Shown here piece after piece: positions 59,624 through 64,000 of a DNA stretch of 64,000 bases. Below the pieces are notes generated by a model. The model was given only the letters and a program-made list of their open reading frames with translations. It made no database searches and was not told the DNA's origin. The DNA comes from Myxococcota bacterium. GTDB taxonomy: Bacteria > Myxococcota_A > UBA9160 > UBA4427. Both the position numbers and the translations under genes were made by a program. Where the stretch lies: the NCBI GenBank assembly GCA_036336835.1, contig JAYZFK010000088.1, forward strand, positions 1 to 64,000, read 5' to 3'. Each line of letters begins with the position of its first letter. The first letter of the stretch is position 1.

Positions 59624-60477
59624 ATCGCGCGCAGACGCGCGCCCTGCTGGCGCGGCGGGGGCTCCGGCTGCGCCGAGAGCTCGGCCAGAACTTCCTGATC
59701 GATGAGCCCCAGGCGCGTCGCCTCGCCGAGCTCGCGTGCGTGGGCGAGGGCGACGTCGTGCTGGAGATCGGGACCGGGCTCGGCGCGCTGACGCGCGCCC
59801 TCGCCGAGCGCGCTTCCCGCGTCGTCACGCTCGAGGTCGACTCCGGTGTCGTCGCGGCACTGCGCGAAGAGTCGCTGCTGCCGCCGGGCGTCGAGCTGCA
59901 TCACGCGGACGCGCTCGAGACCCGGCTGGCGCCGCTGATCGGCACCACGCCGCGCGACCGGGCGAAGGTCGTTGCGAACCTGCCCTACTCGGCAGCCACG
60001 CCGTTGCTGCGCGCACTGCTCGATCTGCGCGAGTGCTTTGGCAGCTGGTCCGTGATGCTGCAACGCGAGGTTGCGCTGAGGCTCACGGCGAAGCCGGGCG
60101 AGCGCGACTACGGATCGTTCGCCGTCCTGCACTCGCTCGCCGCCCAGCTCGAGGTCGTAGCGCAGCTTCCGGCCGGCGTGTTCTTTCCGGCGCCGAAAGT
60201 GGTGTCGTCCTTCGTGCGCATCACGCCGCGGCGAGAGGCGGAGCTCTCGGGCGCCGAGCTGCGCGCTGTCGAGCGCGTGGTGCGAGCGGCGTTCGGTCAA
60301 CGGCGCAAGACGCTCGCAAACGCGCTTCGGGGCGGCGGATTCGGCGAGCGTTGCGACGCCGCGATCGAGGCCGTCGGCGTCGATCCCCGGGCGCGCGCCG
60401 AGACGCTCGAGCCCGAGGCGTTTCGGCGGCTCGCGGCTGCGCTCGCGCCGGACCGGAGCGACGAACCGAGCCGGTGA
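59620..60477 (+). CDS. rsmA: 16S rRNA dimethyladenosine transferase RsmA/KsgA
   Basis: LGQNFLID, LEIGTGLGALT, ANLPY, MLQREVA.R, FFPAPKV.S, FGQRRKTL.N. Confidence 0.95.
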   Translation: MNRAQTRALLARRGLRLRRELGQNFLIDEPQARRLAELACVGEGDVVLEIGTGLGALTRALAERASRVVTLEVDSGVVAALREESLLPPGVELHHADALETRLAPLIGTTPRDRAKVVANLPYSAATPLLRALLDLRECFGSWSVMLQREVALRLTAKPGERDYGSFAVLHSLAAQLEVVAQLPAGVFFPAPKVVSSFVRITPRREAELSGAELRAVERVVRAAFGQRRKTLANALRGGGFGERCDAAIEAVGVDPRARAETLEPEAFRRLAAALAPDRSDEPSR

Positions 60478-60970
60478 CTCCCGCGGCGAGACGTGAAGAC
60501 TTCCTCGCATGGAGGCGGGGATCGGCTCCAGGACGGCGGCCCGCTGCACCCGCCGGCCTCCTCGACGTCTCGCGAGACGACTGCGTCGCTCCGGGTGCGC
60601 CCGTTTCGCCGCGTGCCTGCTGTACCATCTCGCCGAAGCGGGCAGGGGAGGCGAGCTGGCACCGAGACACATTCCTACCGAGCAATGAGACCGGGCCTCA
60701 TCGTGCTGGCCGCTCCGGTTTCGGAGTGTTACGGGCTGATCCGCGTGCTCCCTTGCAGCCTGGCGCAGGTCTCCGATGACCTGATCGCGAGGAAGACTCG
60801 ATCTGCAACGAGGCGATCGGGCTCACCGGACTCACGCTGCTCCGGGAGTTGGCCCGCGAGTCTGACGCCTTCGCGCACGGGTCTCTCGGCGCTCGTGGAT
60901 TCGCCAGGATTGCGAGAGAGGATTGGGTGTGAGCCTTCGCGAGATTGTCCCCGGAGGAGGACCGATATCG

Positions 60971-62128
60971 ATGATTCGCCGATCCTGCCGTGTCGTGCCG
61001 CTGCTGATCGTGCTCGGAAGCGCGACCGGGTTCGCGGAGTCCGAGGCAGGTGACGCAGGCGCGCCCCGGTTGCCAGTCGCACCTGTCTTCGAGTCGGTCC
61101 CCGATCGGTGGGCCCCCCCCGTCCGCAACGACAAGCTGCGCGACTGGCTTCGCCTGACGAGCGGCGAGTGGATGCGCGGCGCACTCGATCGCGTGTCGGA
61201 CGGTACGGTCTATTTCGACAGCAAGGAGCTCGACGATGTGGAGATCGACTGGGTGGATGTCACTGAGCTGCGTTCCTCGCACATGCACACCTACCGACTG
61301 CAGGAGGCTGGATCCGAGGAAAAAGTCATCCTGACCGGCACGGCCGGAATGGTCGCCGGTGTCCTGCGCATCGACGATGGGACGAAAGTCTCCGAATTCC
61401 ACAGGGCTGCTCTTGTCAGCATGATCGCCGGGGGGCTGAAGGAGAGCGACTTCTGGTCGTTCGAGCTGAGTCTGGGATTCACGGCGCGCAGTGGAAACTC
61501 GGACCAGTCGGATCTGACCAGTCACTCGAAGATACAGCGTGAGACCGCACTAACGCGTGGCTCCGTCGAGTATCGTGGCTCGATCAGCACGTTGAGCGGC
61601 GTGACGACGGCAGACAACCACCGGGTGACCGCGCAGTTCGACTACTACCTGACCCGTCGTTTGTTCCTCACCATCCCTAACGTGGAGCTCTTCCGAGATC
61701 CCTTTCAGAACACCGCGCTCCGTACGACCGCCGGCCTGGGCCTCGGTTACGACCTGATCAAGCGCGGCCCGGTCACCTGGAATGTCGGTGGCGGAGTCTC
61801 CTTTCAGGGGACTCAGTTCGATACAGCGCTTGCGAGCGAGCCGAAGGAGTCGAAAGACGCTGCCTTGTCACTGAGTACGAGCACCGAGTTCGAGCTCACC
61901 TCGCGCATCGACTGGGACACCTCGTACCAGATCCAGCTCGTCGCGACGGATTTCGACAGGACCAACCACCACATGACATCGGTCATCTCGATCGAGGTCT
62001 GGGGACCGCTGGACCTCGACGTGACAGCGGTGTGGGACTGGATTATGAAGCCGGCTCGCGCTAGCGATGGAGTGCGCCCTGCCAGCAACGACCTGCGTCT
62101 CACGATCGGGCTGGGAATCGATTTCTAG
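60971..62128 (+). CDS. DUF481/YdiY-like outer-membrane beta-barrel protein with N-terminal domain
   Basis: Signal peptide; DWLRLTSGEWMRG; SGNSDQ; DPFQN..LR…G.GLGY; terminal LGIDF; GGAGGAGG RBS. Confidence 0.82.
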   Translation: MIRRSCRVVPLLIVLGSATGFAESEAGDAGAPRLPVAPVFESVPDRWAPPVRNDKLRDWLRLTSGEWMRGALDRVSDGTVYFDSKELDDVEIDWVDVTELRSSHMHTYRLQEAGSEEKVILTGTAGMVAGVLRIDDGTKVSEFHRAALVSMIAGGLKESDFWSFELSLGFTARSGNSDQSDLTSHSKIQRETALTRGSVEYRGSISTLSGVTTADNHRVTAQFDYYLTRRLFLTIPNVELFRDPFQNTALRTTAGLGLGYDLIKRGPVTWNVGGGVSFQGTQFDTALASEPKESKDAALSLSTSTEFELTSRIDWDTSYQIQLVATDFDRTNHHMTSVISIEVWGPLDLDVTAVWDWIMKPARASDGVRPASNDLRLTIGLGIDF

Positions 62129-62477
62129 TTCCGTGCAGGGCGCGCTGAGCAGCGGCCGGGGTCTCACTGTTGAGCAGGACCAGCCGCTCGATGTGCTGGT
62201 AGCTTCGAACGCCGATTTCCTCGGTCTGGATTGCCATTCCGTGCGAATCCACTCGCCGTACCCGGCCCGCGGCCTCGATCCTTTCGTCCGGTGCTGTGCC
62301 GAGGACGAGCGAGACCGAGACGTGCGTCGTCTCCGGAAACGGATGTTCGCAGAGCACGTACACTCCGCCGATACTCACGTCGCGCAGCGATCCCGTGATG
62401 CTGGCCGTGCCGCTCGTCACCTCAACATCGAGGCGCGAAGGGGAGCGTGTGAATTCGCGTCGGTTGCGGTGGTTCAC
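62100..62477 (-). CDS. PilZ domain protein
   Basis: RREFTR (RxxxR) and DVSIGG (D/NxSxxG) c-di-GMP-binding motifs. Confidence 0.88.
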   Translation of the reverse strand: MNHRNRREFTRSPSRLDVEVTSGTASITGSLRDVSIGGVYVLCEHPFPETTHVSVSLVLGTAPDERIEAAGRVRRVDSHGMAIQTEEIGVRSYQHIERLVLLNSETPAAAQRALHGTRNRFPARS

Positions 62478-62686
62478 GTCGCATCGCCACCGGGTCGTGC
62501 CGCGATGAGCGAGATCTCGCCGGAAGCGCCGTCGACCGAATCCTGGGGCGGTGCCGAAATCGTATCGGGCGCCTGCTTGCCGTCCGGAGCCCCTTCGGCG
62601 TCGTGACTGCCGTATCCGGCCTTCCTCGGAGTGCGTCGGACGATCTCGCGCATGGCCGAGCAGTGATCGACCACCACTATCTTCAT
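62474..62686 (-). pseudogene. Degenerate, truncated CheY-like receiver
   Basis: MKIVVVDHCSAMREIVRRTPRKAGYG…GAPDGKQA mirrors a CheY N-terminus. It has a broken acidic pocket and helix-breaking prolines, and no beta4/beta5 or Lys; 70 aa. Confidence 0.65.
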
Positions 62687-62726
62687 GAGTGGCACCTTGT
62701 TCTCGGCTGCGTTGCGAGGAAAGCCG

Positions 62727-63095
62727 TCACGCCTGGATCAGCTTCTCGAGCTCGCGCTTGAGGCGATCGATCTCACCGAGAAGAGCCTCGAGCGCCTTCG
62801 GGACGCCGCTCAGATCGTTCGCATGCCCCATGCGTTCCAACCGTTGCGCGGCTTCGACGGTGAGCTGAGCGTGAAAATTGCTCGCGGCTCCCTTGAGCTG
62901 GTGGGCAGCGCGTCCAAGCGACGGGCCATCGCCCGCGCGGGCTGCGTCGCGGATCTTCTCGACCATGTTTGCTACGTCGGAGATGAAGAGCTCCGTCAGC
63001 TCCGACATCAGCTGTACGTCATTGCCGAGGCTGGTCAGTGCGAGGTCGCGGTCGAAGACGATGCGCGGGTCGTCGTGTTTGCTGGTGTCTTGCAT
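62727..63095 (-). CDS. Standalone Hpt phosphotransfer protein
   Basis: FDRD.AL..LG.D..L..EL..LF, AAHQLKGAASN, A..LE. Confidence 0.88.
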   Translation of the reverse strand: MQDTSKHDDPRIVFDRDLALTSLGNDVQLMSELTELFISDVANMVEKIRDAARAGDGPSLGRAAHQLKGAASNFHAQLTVEAAQRLERMGHANDLSGVPKALEALLGEIDRLKRELEKLIQA

Positions 63096-63749
63096 TGCGA
63101 CCCTTTGGCGTCCGGTGTCCTCGTCGACACAGACGCGTTGAATTTGTCGGCGGCACCGTCGAATGACATGACAGCATCGCGTTGCCTGAATTGTTATCTT
63201 TTCTGAGCCTTCCCAGGAAGCTACGAAGCCTGTTCGAGGTTCTCGAGGAGTGGCGCTGCGTGTTCATACGCATTTGCCACCACCGGATTGTCTCGATCGG
63301 CGCGCGACGGCGCCGTCCGATGCAAACCGTCTTCCCTGGGAGCACCGCATACTGCTGGTGAGTTGCGTTCGCTGGTCGCTTGCAACAGGACGAGCTTCCA
63401 GCTCGGGCTATCGATCTCGACCGGCTTCATCAGGCACTCGTCTCGTCTGCGGCCGCCACCGTGCGGAAGCCGCGCTGCTCGAGGCGTCCAGTAGCCGAAT
63501 GTTGCGTAGTGGAACGTTCTCGATGACCGGAGCACGCATGGCGATCGCCCTCCGTCCCCTGCGCTCCGCACACTGCTAGTGCGTACGCCACGCTCCCAAG
63601 CTCAGAGTGGACGCTTGCGCACCGCGTCGATCCGGACACGCCGCCGTGTTTCCCGCGAGTCCGAGTCCGGTGAACTACTGAGTCGAGCCAGGCGCTCTCA
63701 TGCTGTGCCGTGTTTCAGTCGATTGAGGCTTCAACTTGGAGGGGAGAGC

Positions 63750-64000
63750 GTGCGCCTGTTGCTGGTCGAGGACGATCCGACCACGCGCCGGATGTTGGAG
63801 CGTCTGCTCACCGGGCAGGGGTATGAGGTCACCGCCTGTGCCGACGGTGAGACCGCCCTCGACCACCACGCCCGCGAACCGGTCCCCTTCCTCGTGCTCG
63901 ATCTCGGTCTCCCAGGCGTGGATGGCCTCGAGGTCTGTCGCCGGCTCCGCGCGCGCCCCGGAGGCGATCGGGCCTATATCCTCGTCGTCACGTCCAGCAC
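63750..64000 (+). CDS. Response regulator receiver domain (3'-truncated by the window end)
   Basis: My translation from GTG 63750: MRLLLVEDDPTTRRMLERLL…LVLDLGLPGVDGLEVCRRLR…YILVVTS; GGAGGGGAG RBS; not in the ORF track. Confidence 0.9.
   Translation, partial: MRLLLVEDDPTTRRMLERLLTGQGYEVTACADGETALDHHAREPVPFLVLDLGLPGVDGLEVCRRLRARPGGDRAYILVVTSS

Noticed and set aside
60478..60970. Expected tRNA or ispE downstream of rsmA
   Set aside because: No cloverleaf or T-loop (GTTCRA) pattern and no GHMP-kinase ORF seen.
63221..63430. 69-aa minus-strand ORF (MKPVEIDSPSWKLVLLQ…) upstream of the Hpt gene
   Set aside because: No recognisable motif; it may be decayed sequence, and the support is insufficient.

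Overview
A very GC-rich bacterial window, most consistent with a Myxococcota-type (deltaproteobacterial) chromosome. This is an inference from a RomY-like gene ahead of ftsEX-envC-ctpA, a bactofilin, an FHA-DUF4388 protein and a PEP-CTERM protein. Most genes are core: ftsE/ftsX/envC/ctpA/xseA; xseB/ispA/dxs/tlyA/iscA/iscS; a GldA/F/G-type ABC system; holB/metG/tatD; moaD-E/moaB; rpoH; pepA; tolQRAB-cpoB (pal absent); dksA/tsaD/rsmA. Two stretches look more AT-rich and accessory: about 9.2-12.7 kb (arylsulfotransferase plus a GT-C-like membrane protein, inside the interval separating xseA from xseB) and about 60.5-64 kb (DUF481 barrel, PilZ, decayed CheY, Hpt, response regulator). The most unusual element is a tightly coupled run at 18.5-34.4 kb: TPR lipoprotein, LolB-like lipoprotein and two complete tandem Opp/Dpp-type ABC importers. 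Several subunits carry extra domains. Most strikingly, one OppF ATPase is fused through three hydrophobic segments to a type II secretion GspG-like pseudopilin head. No rRNA, tRNA, CRISPR array, integrase or transposase was recognised. All family calls come from motif recognition by eye; no database search was run.
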